From positions 1 through 63,411 of the forward strand of contig CAMCSF010000001.1 in the NCBI GenBank assembly GCA_945877625.1: DNA of 63,411 nucleotides, given 5' to 3'. Below are positions 1 to 12,500 of this stretch, in pieces (the first letter of the stretch is position 1; the number at the start of each line of letters is the position of its first letter). The notes under the pieces are model-generated. The model had not been told where the DNA came from. It saw only the letters and a list, made by a program, of their open reading frames with translations, and did not search any database. The DNA is from Methylomonas koyamae. GTDB lineage: Bacteria; Pseudomonadota; Gammaproteobacteria; Methylococcales; Methylomonadaceae. The position numbers and the translations under genes were made by a program.

Positions 1-149
1 TGTTCCGTACCTCTTCATGAAATCGGTCAGACTGAAACCTTTTTGAAATTGGATCAGGTTCTTTTTCATGGCGAGATCTCCTGCTAATTCAATATATCCG
101 TTAGACTCTCGGGAGGCTCAAAAGTTGCTGAAGGTTATGGGTAATCAGG
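1..149 (-). mobile_element. IS1595-family element, left end and first codons of transposase (runs off window)
   Basis: Minus strand from ATG at 69 reads MKKNLIQFQKGFSLTDFMKRYGT, typical of an IS1595/ISXO2 N-terminus, with an AGGAG RBS. Terminal sequence CCTGATTACCCATAACCTTCAGC (149-127) resembles the ends at 48189 and 63266. Confidence 0.85.
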
Positions 150-1282
150 ATTGGATTTATGAATTTGTTGGTAAACCTTCAGGGTATTTTTAGCACATAG
201 GTCCCAACTAAAATCTTTACTTCGATTGAGGGCTTTGATTGAAAGTTGATTTCGCGTAACGGCATCATTAATTAATAATTCAAAAGCCTTAAAAAAACCT
301 TCGACATCATAAGGGTCAACTAACATGCCAGAGTCGCCAATGACTTCAGGAATTGAGGATGTATTGGATGCGACAACCGGTAAGCCGGATGCCATCGCCT
401 CAAGTGGTGGTAGGCCAAAACCTTCGTAGATAGAAGGAAAGACAAGCATAAGAGCGCCTGAATATACGGTTGCGAGATCTAGTCTTGGGACATAACCCAG
501 CAGCCTAATTTCACCTGTTGTCATCAATGGCTGTAATTGCTTATCAAGCGCCGAATTCAGCCAACCGTTCATGCCGACAATGACGAGTGGATATTGCAGT
601 CTTATTTTTTTAGGTAGTTTTATAAACGCCTGTAAAGCGGTCATTAAGTTTTTTCTAGGTTCTATTGTGCCGACTGCAAGTATGTATTTACCGTGAGTAA
701 GAGAATATTGAGTTAATATCGGTTGCGTATCACTGAATTCTCGAGGCTTAAAAATGGTTTCGTAACCTAATGGAATTGAGACAATTTTTTCATCAGGGAA
801 GCCAATAAGGTCAGCTAATTCATGCTTAATATAATTTGAATCAGTGATAACCATTGATGCACGATTTAAACTGTTTTCAAAATATCGATTCATCGCTTTG
901 ACCCGATTTTCAGGGTGTACTTCAGGATGTTTAATCCAAGATAAGTCGTGAACAGTAATTACTGATGGTCGATCAGATTTGAAGGCTAAAAAATTAGGCT
1001 CATGATAAATGTCAGGTTTTATTGCATTTAAGCCTTGGCTAAAACCAAATTGGCTAATCATGCGATCCAAATCATAAGAAAAAGGGATATTATTTCTTAT
1101 AAAGGCTCGGTAATTAAACTTGGGGTTGCTTGCTTGGTGTATTAATTGCTTATCCCAATGTCTACGGTAAAAAAAATTTATATCGATAGTATTTTGGTCA
1201 ATCAGTGCATTGGCTAAATTAAAAGCATATTGGCCAATGCCGGTCAGAGAACCGCTAATTGATGAGGCATTGAAAGCCACTT

Positions 1283-1286
<4 letters not shown>
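135..1286 (-). CDS. GT4 glycosyltransferase (WbpY/WbpX-like, rhamnosyl/mannosyl)
   Basis: VGTIEPRKN and [17 protein letters not shown]4 motifs; follows gmd-rmd. Confidence 0.85.
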
Positions 1287-3228
<1,942 letters not shown>

Positions 3229-3243
3229 TTAGCATGAAGAAAA

Positions 3244-4683
3244 TTATTGCAAAATCAATGTGTTACAAATGTAATTCAGCGTGATTTGCACTAATTGTTC
3301 TGCGCGACTCATGCTGTCGGCTTCAGCGTAGCAACGAAGTTCTGGCGCATTGCCGGATGGTCTTAAGTGAATAATTTCACCTTGAGTAAAACTTAATCGG
3401 AGGCCGTCAGTTGTATCGATATGAGTAATTGAGCCAAGCGCCTCGCCCCAAATCTCTTGATAAGGAATTTGATTGTTTTGTAATGCTTGGATAAGTGACT
3501 GGCTGCTAACCATAGGCACATTTTGAAGGCGATCACTGGCTGTAAATCGATGGGGTAAATCAAGCAGCAAATCTGAAAGCTTAAGATTTTGTTGTTTAGC
3601 CATTGCCAAAATAGCTAACGCTGGGAGAACCGCATCGCGAGTCGGTAATGGTGATAGGGTTTTGCTGTTTGCGAGTTTTAAATGCTGACCGGCTAAAAAA
3701 CCACCGTTTGCTTCAAAACCTGCCACACTGCCTTCGCTTATAGACGCCATACCGGCAATCACATAAGGTGAGCCAATTCGAGTGCGAATCACCTGTTGAA
3801 AAGCCTTTGATAGCTCAATTGCCGTATTACAACTCACCGGCGTGACAACGGATTGAACACCTAAAAACTTAGCACACAGCAAACCAACAATATCACCGCG
3901 TAACCAAGCGCCATTTTCATCGGCAATCAATGGCCGATCACCATCGCCATCAGTCGATATGATGGCATTCAATGAAAATTGGTTTGCCCAATCCAGCCCG
4001 CGTTGTCGATCTTCGGGGCTAACTGCTTCAGTATCAATCGGTACAAATATATCGGTCCGATTTAAACTAATAACTACGGCGCCAAAATATATCAAAATCG
4101 CTTTAATACAATCTCGGGCAACACTCGAGTGTTCGTAAACACCAATTCGCCATCCCTTGAGAAAGTCTTTATCAAACAAACCCGTATATCTAGCAATATA
4201 ATTGTCAATTGCTCGGCTATCAATAGCCGGTAATTCGCCAGGTTCACATGTAAGATTAATATTAACCAAATGCTCGGTGATAGCTAATTCATCGGCTTTA
4301 CTGATTTCACCATCAGCCCGATAAAATTTAATCCCGTTACGATCAAAAGGGATATGGCTGCCAGTAATCATAATGGCAGGCATGCCCTGATTTAAAGAAA
4401 ACAAAGCTAATGCAGGGGTTGGCAAACTACCGCAGTAAATCACTTCGCAACCCGCTTGGCGAATAGCGGCGGCACAGGCTCGAGCAATTGCGGGACTCGA
4501 CGGTCTAAGGTCTATGCCCAGTGCGACCGATTGTCCGCTATTGACTAACTGTAATACCTGTAAGAAAGCATTGCTGTATCCCGCGCAGACGACATCAGAC
4601 ATCTCGCTAACTAGGCCACGAACACCACTGGTACCGAAAGCGACACCGCTATCAGTCATTAATTTAATACGTGTTTTAATCAT
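3244..4683 (-). CDS. manB: Phosphomannomutase
   Basis: FGTSGVRG, TGSHIP, DGDGDR, RPSGNAPELRCY. Confidence 0.93.
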   Translation of the reverse strand: MIKTRIKLMTDSGVAFGTSGVRGLVSEMSDVVCAGYSNAFLQVLQLVNSGQSVALGIDLRPSSPAIARACAAAIRQAGCEVIYCGSLPTPALALFSLNQGMPAIMITGSHIPFDRNGIKFYRADGEISKADELAITEHLVNINLTCEPGELPAIDSRAIDNYIARYTGLFDKDFLKGWRIGVYEHSSVARDCIKAILIYFGAVVISLNRTDIFVPIDTEAVSPEDRQRGLDWANQFSLNAIISTDGDGDRPLIADENGAWLRGDIVGLLCAKFLGVQSVVTPVSCNTAIELSKAFQQVIRTRIGSPYVIAGMASISEGSVAGFEANGGFLAGQHLKLANSKTLSPLPTRDAVLPALAILAMAKQQNLKLSDLLLDLPHRFTASDRLQNVPMVSSQSLIQALQNNQIPYQEIWGEALGSITHIDTTDGLRLSFTQGEIIHLRPSGNAPELRCYAEADSMSRAEQLVQITLNYICNTLILQ

Positions 4684-4887
4684 TTTTTCACATGATCACA
4701 TTTTATTGCGTAATTGTAATTTATTGTAATTTATTAATTGGTTTTTAACGATTTATTTCAAAAGTTAATATATGGCTGATTAATTTCAAAACTATTCTAT
4801 ATATCAATTGAGTCAATAGCAATTGTATGTCAGAATTAAAAAGCTCGGTGTCGTAAGATAAATTAAAGATAAATTAAGGAAATGTGA

Positions 4888-6303
4888 ATGAGTTTAGTGG
4901 TTACAATTCTTTGTGGCGGTGCTGGCTCCCGATTATGGCCAGTCTCTAGGGGCACACACCCAAAGCCGTTCATTCGCTTAAGTGATGGGCAAAGCCTTCT
5001 CCAAAAAGCCTTTGTTCGCGGGTCAAATCTTCCAAACATAAAACAAGTGCTCACCGTAACTAATGGTGAATTACTGTTTAAAACCTTTGATCACTATCAA
5101 GAAGTTAACGACGAGAAAATCGCAACGGAATTCGTTTTAGAGCCGTTCGGTCGAAATACGGCGCCTGCTATAGCGGCTGCGATTCTTCAGACACAAAAAA
5201 CTCAGGGTGATGATGTGATTATGTTGGTATTGGCTGCTGATCATTTGATTACAGACGATATCGCTTTCAAACAAGCGGTTAGCGAAGCGGCAGAATTAGC
5301 CGCCAGCGGCAAATTGGTGACATTTGGCATTCAGCCAGACGCTCCCGAAACCGGTTATGGATACATCGAAGCAGAAAGCAATAAAGTGCTGCGCTTCGTT
5401 GAAAAGCCTAATTTAGAGACAGCCACCGAATACCTGCAATCGGGAAAATTCCTATGGAACTCAGGTATGTTTTGCTTCAAAGTTTCGACCATGCTCGAAC
5501 AAATGCAAATCCATTGTCCTGAAATACTCAGTGCAACCCGCACTTGCCTCGAACAGTCGCAATTAAGCAAACACCAAGCCTCTCTAGTGACCAAACTTGA
5601 GCCCAATAGTTTTAGTGGTGTTGATGCAGTCTCAATTGACTATGCGGTGATGGAAAAATCCAGTGATGTGGCAGTGGTTCCATGCAAAATTGGTTGGAGC
5701 GACATTGGTTCTTGGACCGCTTTAGGGGATCTTGATGAACCTGATTCAGACGGCAATCGCATCAGAGGCGACGTCATTTTGCACAATGCCCATAACAACA
5801 CAATCCACAGCCAACATCGCGTGTTAGGCGCGGTAGGTATCAACGACTTAATTATTGTTGATACACCCGATGCAATATTGGTGGCTAATAAGGCCTCAGC
5901 TCAAGATGTAAAACACATCTATGCCGAATTAAAACTAACAGATCATGATGCCCATAAGCTGCATAGAACAGTGGCTCGACCTTGGGGCAGTTACACGATA
6001 TTAGAAGAAGAAACCAGTTTCAAAATTAAACGACTGGTTGTAAACCCAGGATGTAGATTAAGTTTGCAATCCCACCAGCATCGCAACGAGCGCTGGGTAG
6101 TCATATCGGGGATAGCGCTAGTCACTAATAATGATCAACAACATTACCTGAATCAAAATGAATCAACCTACATTTGTGCTGGCCATAAGCACCGCTTGGA
6201 AAATCCGGGGTCAGATAATTTAGTCTTGATTGAGGTACAAAGTGGCGATTATGTGGGAGAAGATGATATTCAGCGTTATGAAGATAGTTATGGGCGTTGC
6301 TAA
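4888..6303 (+). CDS. manC: Mannose-1-phosphate guanylyltransferase / mannose-6-phosphate isomerase
   Basis: LCGGAGSRLWPVSR..PK, EPFGRNTAPA, C-terminal cupin RPWGSY..LSLQSH. Confidence 0.95.
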   Translation: MSLVVTILCGGAGSRLWPVSRGTHPKPFIRLSDGQSLLQKAFVRGSNLPNIKQVLTVTNGELLFKTFDHYQEVNDEKIATEFVLEPFGRNTAPAIAAAILQTQKTQGDDVIMLVLAADHLITDDIAFKQAVSEAAELAASGKLVTFGIQPDAPETGYGYIEAESNKVLRFVEKPNLETATEYLQSGKFLWNSGMFCFKVSTMLEQMQIHCPEILSATRTCLEQSQLSKHQASLVTKLEPNSFSGVDAVSIDYAVMEKSSDVAVVPCKIGWSDIGSWTALGDLDEPDSDGNRIRGDVILHNAHNNTIHSQHRVLGAVGINDLIIVDTPDAILVANKASAQDVKHIYAELKLTDHDAHKLHRTVARPWGSYTILEEETSFKIKRLVVNPGCRLSLQSHQHRNERWVVISGIALVTNNDQQHYLNQNESTYICAGHKHRLENPGSDNLVLIEVQSGDYVGEDDIQRYEDSYGRC

Positions 6304-7106
6304 ATAAAATAATGAATAGATTATTTAAATCTCTGTGGGGCTATCGAGGTTTTATTATTGGCAGTGCTCAAAGAGAGTTTCAATTAAAATATAGTAACTC
6401 TTTATTGGGTGGGGTATGGGCAGTGCTGAATCCCTTGGCGATGATTATAGTCTATACGGTTATTTTTTCGCAGGTTATGCATTCAAAATTACCGAATATT
6501 GATAATGATTTTGCTTACAGTATTTATTTGTGTTCTGGCATATTAACTTGGGGTTTGTTCTCTGAAATTGTCTCCAGAGCGCAAACAACCTTTCTTGAAC
6601 ATGCCAATCTGTTAAAAAAACTGAGTTTTCCTCGATTGTGTTTGCCCATCATTGTTGTCATCAATGCGCTATTAAACTTTTCAATTATATTTTCGCTATT
6701 CAGTGTTTTTTTATTAATGTCCGATAATTTTCCGGGTCTAGTGTTTTTGGCGCTGATTCCAGTTTTTATTGTATTAATAGCATTCTCTATTGGCTTAGGT
6801 ATTAGCTTGGGTGTGTTAAATGTTTTTTTTCGAGATGTCGGTCAGTTTTTTGGTATTTTTATTCAATTCTGGTTTTGGTTAACACCGATTGTTTATCCTG
6901 TCAGTATTTTGCCAGAATCGGTGCGTTTGATGATGGTTTATAACCCTATGTATAGCATCATCAATGCCTGTCAAGAAATATTAGTTAATCAACACTGGCC
7001 AGTTTGGCAAGATTTACTTCCGGTAACATTTATCGCTCTTATGCTATGTTTATTTGCTATGCGCCTATTTCGAAATCATGCGAGTGAAATAGTCGATGAA
7101 TTATAA
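6297..7106 (+). CDS. wzm: Polysaccharide ABC transporter permease (copy 1)
   Basis: Hydrophobic ABC-2 permease with YSNSLLGGVWAVLNP and WFWLTPIVYP; precedes wzt. Confidence 0.92.
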   Translation: MLNKIMNRLFKSLWGYRGFIIGSAQREFQLKYSNSLLGGVWAVLNPLAMIIVYTVIFSQVMHSKLPNIDNDFAYSIYLCSGILTWGLFSEIVSRAQTTFLEHANLLKKLSFPRLCLPIIVVINALLNFSIIFSLFSVFLLMSDNFPGLVFLALIPVFIVLIAFSIGLGISLGVLNVFFRDVGQFFGIFIQFWFWLTPIVYPVSILPESVRLMMVYNPMYSIINACQEILVNQHWPVWQDLLPVTFIALMLCLFAMRLFRNHASEIVDEL

Positions 7107-7130
7107 TTTTATGGCAAAAATAGTTTAAAA

Positions 7131-8354
7131 ATGGGCGAAATTACTATTACCAATATAGGTAAAGCTTATAAGCAATACAGTTCACGCTGGTTACGTTTAA
7201 AAGAATGGGTATCCCCATTTAATCATTCATACCATCAGCTTAAATGGGTTTTACAAGATATTAGTTTTACGGTTAAGTCAGGTGAAGCGGTTGGTTTGAT
7301 TGGTATCAATGGTGCCGGTAAAAGCACATTGCTAAAAATTATTACGGGCACCACCCAACCTACCACCGGTAGCGTTCATATTACCGGACGGGTTGCGGCT
7401 TTATTAGAGCTCGGCATGGGGTTCCATCCGGATTTCACAGGGCGACAAAATGCCTATATGGCAGGGCAGTTGCTTGGAATGTCGGTGAATGAAATCACTG
7501 AACTGATGTCTGACATTGAGGCATTTGCCGAAATTGGCGATTATATTGACCAACCGGTGCGAGTTTATTCCAGCGGTATGCAAATGCGCCTCGCCTTTAG
7601 TGTTGCAACCGCACGTCGACCTGATGTGCTGATTATTGACGAAGCACTCTCTGTTGGGGATGCCTATTTTCAACATAAAAGCTTTGATCGGATTCGAGAA
7701 TTTCGGAAATTAGGTACGACATTATTAATTGTTTCGCACGATAAACTAGCGATACAAGCGATTTGTGATCGGGCTATTTTGCTCAATGCCGGATTACTGG
7801 CCATGCAAGGACAGCCTGAGCAAATTATGGATTACTACAATGCATTAATTGCCGAAAAAGAAAATCTAACCGTCAAGCAATCAATTCAAGCCGATGGCAA
7901 ATTGCAAACCATTTCTGGCACAGGTGAAGCCAGTGTTAAAGATATTGTCTTAATTGATGTCAATGATCAGCCAGTCGAAATTATTAATGTCGGTAGTCAA
8001 TTAACGTTAAAAATTACCGTGGCGGTACATCAACCGATACCTCGGTTGGTGCTTGGTTACATGATTAAAGATCGCTTAGGCCAACCTATTTACGGTACTA
8101 ACACCCATATCAAAAAACGCGCTATTGACAATGTCTCGATGGGCGAAACATTAACCTACTGTTTTAACTTCGCACTTAATTTAGGACCGGGTACTTATTC
8201 AATTGCCACCGCTTTAGTCAGTACCGATACCCATCTTGAAAATAATTATGAATGGCGTGATTTAGCCTTAATTTTTACTGTGGTCAATATTAATCACGAT
8301 TATTTTATTGGTAATTGTTGGTTAGATCCTACATTGGACATAAAACGTATATGA
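7131..8354 (+). CDS. wzt: Polysaccharide ABC transporter ATPase with C-terminal carbohydrate-binding domain (copy 1)
   Basis: GINGAGKST, YSSGM, DEALSVGD; ~150-aa Wzt_C extension. Confidence 0.93.
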   Translation: MGEITITNIGKAYKQYSSRWLRLKEWVSPFNHSYHQLKWVLQDISFTVKSGEAVGLIGINGAGKSTLLKIITGTTQPTTGSVHITGRVAALLELGMGFHPDFTGRQNAYMAGQLLGMSVNEITELMSDIEAFAEIGDYIDQPVRVYSSGMQMRLAFSVATARRPDVLIIDEALSVGDAYFQHKSFDRIREFRKLGTTLLIVSHDKLAIQAICDRAILLNAGLLAMQGQPEQIMDYYNALIAEKENLTVKQSIQADGKLQTISGTGEASVKDIVLIDVNDQPVEIINVGSQLTLKITVAVHQPIPRLVLGYMIKDRLGQPIYGTNTHIKKRAIDNVSMGETLTYCFNFALNLGPGTYSIATALVSTDTHLENNYEWRDLALIFTVVNINHDYFIGNCWLDPTLDIKRI

Positions 8355-9511
8355 CATTCATTTCTTATGCACAAAATGGTGAGGACATCATAGTTTGGCG
8401 AGCGCTGAAACATATCAATCAGGGCTTTTATATTGATGTTGGTGCTAATGATCCTGAAGATGATTCGATTACCAAAGCCTTTTACGATCAAGGATGGCAT
8501 GGTATTAATATTGAACCCTTGAGCCAGCATTACGCGTCGTTACAAATACATCGTCCGCGAGATATTAATTTGCAGATGGCAGCGGGTGATTTTAACGGCG
8601 AGTTAAAATTATTCGATGTTCCTAATGTCAGGGGTTGGGCGACATCCGATGCTGAAATTGCCGACCAATATCGTCACCAAGGCTTAGCGGTTGAAGAAAT
8701 TCTGGTGCCGGTTCGCCGATTAGATAGTTTATGTGCGGAATTTGCAGAGCAACAAATACATTTTCTTAAAATTGATGTCGAGGGCTTTGAGCGTGAAGTG
8801 CTGCTCGGTATGGATTTCCAAAAATGGCGACCTTGGATTTTAATCATCGAAGCCACCAGACCGAATAGTCAGCAAAGCCAGTATCAAAGTTGGGAGCCGA
8901 TGCTAATAGAAAACCAATATTGTTATGCTTATAACGATGGTTTAAATCGCTACTATGTCGCCCAAGAACATTCAGAGTTGATGGATATGTTGGCTGTGCA
9001 GCCTAATGTTTTTGATGATTATCAATTTATTGGTTATCACCGCATAGAACAAGCATTACCGCGATTACTAGCGGATAACAAAACATTAAATCAGCAACTA
9101 CAAGTTTTTGATGGTCGGTTGCAGCAAGCTCAACAAGTTGAACAACAATTAAATCGCCAACTGCAAACTTTAGTCGATCAGTTGCAAGAAAATCAGCAAC
9201 AAAGACAGCAATTAAGCAATCAATTAATCGCGATAAATAATAGTTTATCTTGGCGCATCACTCAGCCGCTGCGTTTAGTTAGACACTATCTCTGGAAAGC
9301 TGGAATTGGCTTGCGGTTGCTACGAAATAATACCTTCAATCAACTATTAAAAATAACCCCTAATTCGGTTAAAAGACCCCTTAAAGCCTTGCTTTATCGC
9401 CTAAGGATGAAGGCTTATATGATTGATGCGGCACATCAATCTCTGCTTTCTCCGCGTGCTGAAGATGTCTACCTTAAGTTACAAAAAGCCGTCAAAGCGA
9501 GGGCGAACTGA
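8351..9511 (+). CDS. FkbM-family methyltransferase with C-terminal coiled coil (WbdD-like chain terminator)
   Basis: SYAQNGED, IDVGANDP, LKIDVEGFE; Q/L-rich coiled coil ending in SLSWRITQPLR. ATG 8351 overlaps the wzt stop (ATGA). Confidence 0.85.
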   Translation: MTFISYAQNGEDIIVWRALKHINQGFYIDVGANDPEDDSITKAFYDQGWHGINIEPLSQHYASLQIHRPRDINLQMAAGDFNGELKLFDVPNVRGWATSDAEIADQYRHQGLAVEEILVPVRRLDSLCAEFAEQQIHFLKIDVEGFEREVLLGMDFQKWRPWILIIEATRPNSQQSQYQSWEPMLIENQYCYAYNDGLNRYYVAQEHSELMDMLAVQPNVFDDYQFIGYHRIEQALPRLLADNKTLNQQLQVFDGRLQQAQQVEQQLNRQLQTLVDQLQENQQQRQQLSNQLIAINNSLSWRITQPLRLVRHYLWKAGIGLRLLRNNTFNQLLKITPNSVKRPLKALLYRLRMKAYMIDAAHQSLLSPRAEDVYLKLQKAVKARAN

Positions 9512-12500
9512 TGCGCATCATCATTGATATGCAAGCCTTACAAACTGTGAGTCTTGTTAGAGGCGCTGGCCTGCGAATGTTGACTGTGATTCAGGAAATA
9601 GCGAGTCATGCCAATGGTCACCAAGTTATCTTGGTCTTAAACACTGCTTTTCAAGATAGCAGTTTTGCAATACGCGATGCCTTTTCGGGGTTGGTTCCAG
9701 CCCAGCATATTCATAATTTTGAAATGCCAATTGCTAGTCATGATGTTGCCAATAGCTCGGGATTAAAATGCGCTGAAATCATTTATAGCCATTTCATACG
9801 GGGCCTAAATCCCGATATTGTGTTGCTGACTCAAAGCTTATCGGCTGGCTGGCTTGATCAACTCGCCAAGCCTGTAAAAATATTGCCTCAGGATATAAGC
9901 GCTTCCGGCTTATGGCTAGAAAATGACCAGTTTGATCTATTAAAACTTATCAATCGTTTTGAATCGGTTTCCAATCCCAAACAAACCGCGGTTGAGGACA
10001 GACAAAAACAGCTCCCACGCCTAGCTTTCGTATCACCATTGCCGCCCGAAAAAACCGGTATTGCGGATTACAGTGCCGAATTGATACCGGCATTAGCCCG
10101 TTATTACGAGATCGAATTAATTACCGACCAACCCGAAGTCAGCTTATTAAATCAAGATAAGCGCTTCACTATTCGTAGCGTTGCTTGGTTTAAACAAAAC
10201 GCCCAGTGTTATCAACGTGTGCTTTACCATTTTGGTAATAATTACCTGTTTCATGGCCAGATGTTTGCTCTGATTAAAGAAATCCCTGGCGTCATGGTGT
10301 TGCATGACTTCTTTTTGGCGCACGCAATTGCCGGTATAGAAATTAGAGGCCATCAGCCACAAGCCTTGAACAAAGCTTTATTTAATAGTCATGGCTATCT
10401 CGCTCTACAACAACGATTGCAAGCGGCAGACCCTAATCAAGTGCTATGGGATTATCCTTGCAACCTTGAGGTGATTCAGGATGCTTTGGGGGTGATTGTG
10501 CATTCCCAAAACACGCAACGTCTAGCAAAGCAATGGTTAGCGACACCCGCTAATCTTGACTGGTCTGTGATTCCCTTGCTACGCGAACCGGCCGAAAAAA
10601 TCAATCGCAACCAAGCGCGTCAGGCGCTGAATTGGCATCAAGATCAGTTTGTGGTCTGTAGTTTTGGCCTGTTAGGCCCCAGCAAGCTTAATCATCGTTT
10701 GCTTGAGAGCTGGTTAAAATCAAGCTTAGCTAAAGAAGAAAACTGTTTATTGGTATTTGTTGGTGAAAATGATGGGGGGGATTATGGGAAGCGCTTATTA
10801 AAACGGATTAAAAACACCGGCCTCGAACAGCGGATTGTGATTACCGGTTGGACCGATACCGCACAATTTCGCCAATATTTAGCCGCCGCCGATTTAGGCG
10901 TACAACTGCGAAGTTTATCGCGAGGCGAAACCTCGGCAGCGGTTTTAGATTGCATGAATTATGGCTTGCCAACGATTGTTAATGCTAACGGCGCGATGGC
11001 CGATCTAGCTAACGATGCGGTCTGGATGTTAGCTGACCAATTTACCGATAGTGAAATGGTCACCGCCTTAGAAACGCTCTGGCAAGATGATTTAAAGCGT
11101 CAGCAGTTAGCGACTCGAGGCCAGCAAATCCTATTAACTCAGCATCAACCGAGCGTTTGCGCGGAGCAGTATGCGCTTAGCATAGAGTCCTTTTATCAAC
11201 GCGCCGCCAATCATTCCAGTGTTGTTGTACAAGCCCTAGCAGATGCCGAATGTTTACCTAGCGACGAATCAAACTTGGCAGGTTTAGCCAAAACAATTGC
11301 AGCAAACTTTCCGCCCCAGCCATTGCCGCGTCAATTATTAATTGATGTGTCTAGTATTGCTAGACATGACTTGAAATCCGGCATCGAGCGTGTGGTTCGA
11401 GCACAATTACTGGAATTACTAAAAAATCCACCTCCAGGTTTTAGAATTGAACCGGTTTACTTAACCGACCAAGGTGGCGCGTGGCATTACCAATATGCCA
11501 GAAAGTACACTTGTCAGATATTGGGCATCGAGCAAGCTGGATTGGTTGATGTCGCGGTTGATATGACTAAGGGCGATGTTTTTTATGCGCCAGATTTCTA
11601 CCCAAGCGGGGTTATCGAAGCCCACAAATCTGGCTTGTATCTAAACTGGCAAGCGCAAGGTGTTGCAATCAATTTTTTGATTCATGACTTATTACCGATA
11701 CAAAATCCCGAGTTCTTTGTTGAAGCCGCGAATCGTGTCCATGCAACTTGGCTCAAGGCTATAAGCGAATCCGCTACGGGTTTAATTTGCATTTCCAATG
11801 CGGTTGCAGATGAAGTAAATCAATGGCTACAACACAACCCGCCAGTACGCACCGCACCGCTACCGATTGCTGTCATCCATCACGGTGCCGATATAGCCGC
11901 TTCTACAACGGCTTCAGACAAGACGCTTGAAAGTTCAGCGCAAGCTGCCGAGCTATTAACAAAGCTCCGTGCAAACCCAAGCTTCATCATGGTCGGTACC
12001 ATCGAACCGCGCAAAGGCCACTTGCAAACCCTCGCAGCTTTTGAACTACTTTGGCAGCAAGGGCAAGCCATTAACCTCGTGATTGTTGGTAAAGAAGGTT
12101 GGCTTGGCTTGCCCGATAAGCAACGGCGGACAATTCCCGAAATCATAGCCAAATTGAAAGACCATAAAGAATTGGGCCAGCGTTTAATTTGGCTGGAAGG
12201 TATTAGCGATCAATATCTGGAACAAATCTACGCCACCAGCACTTGTTTGATTGCCGCCTCAGAAGGCGAAGGCTTTGGGCTGCCATTGATTGAAGCAGCC
12301 CAACATCAGCTACCGATTATTGCCCGAGATATTCCGGTGTTTAGAGAAGTTGCCGGCAATCATGCTTATTACTTTAAAGGCAACCATCCCGCCGATCTCC
12401 AACAAGCGATTAACGATTGGCTACAGCGCTATTCAAAAAAACAACATCCGCTTTCTAGCGACATGCCTTTTTTGAGCTGGGCCGATAATGCCAAACAACT

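Noticed and set aside
4685-4705. CRP box upstream of manB
   Set aside because: Only a TCACA half-site; the other half does not match.
6207-6215. GGGGTCAGA match to the repeat inside manC
   Set aside because: Only 9 nt, within coding sequence; compatible with chance.
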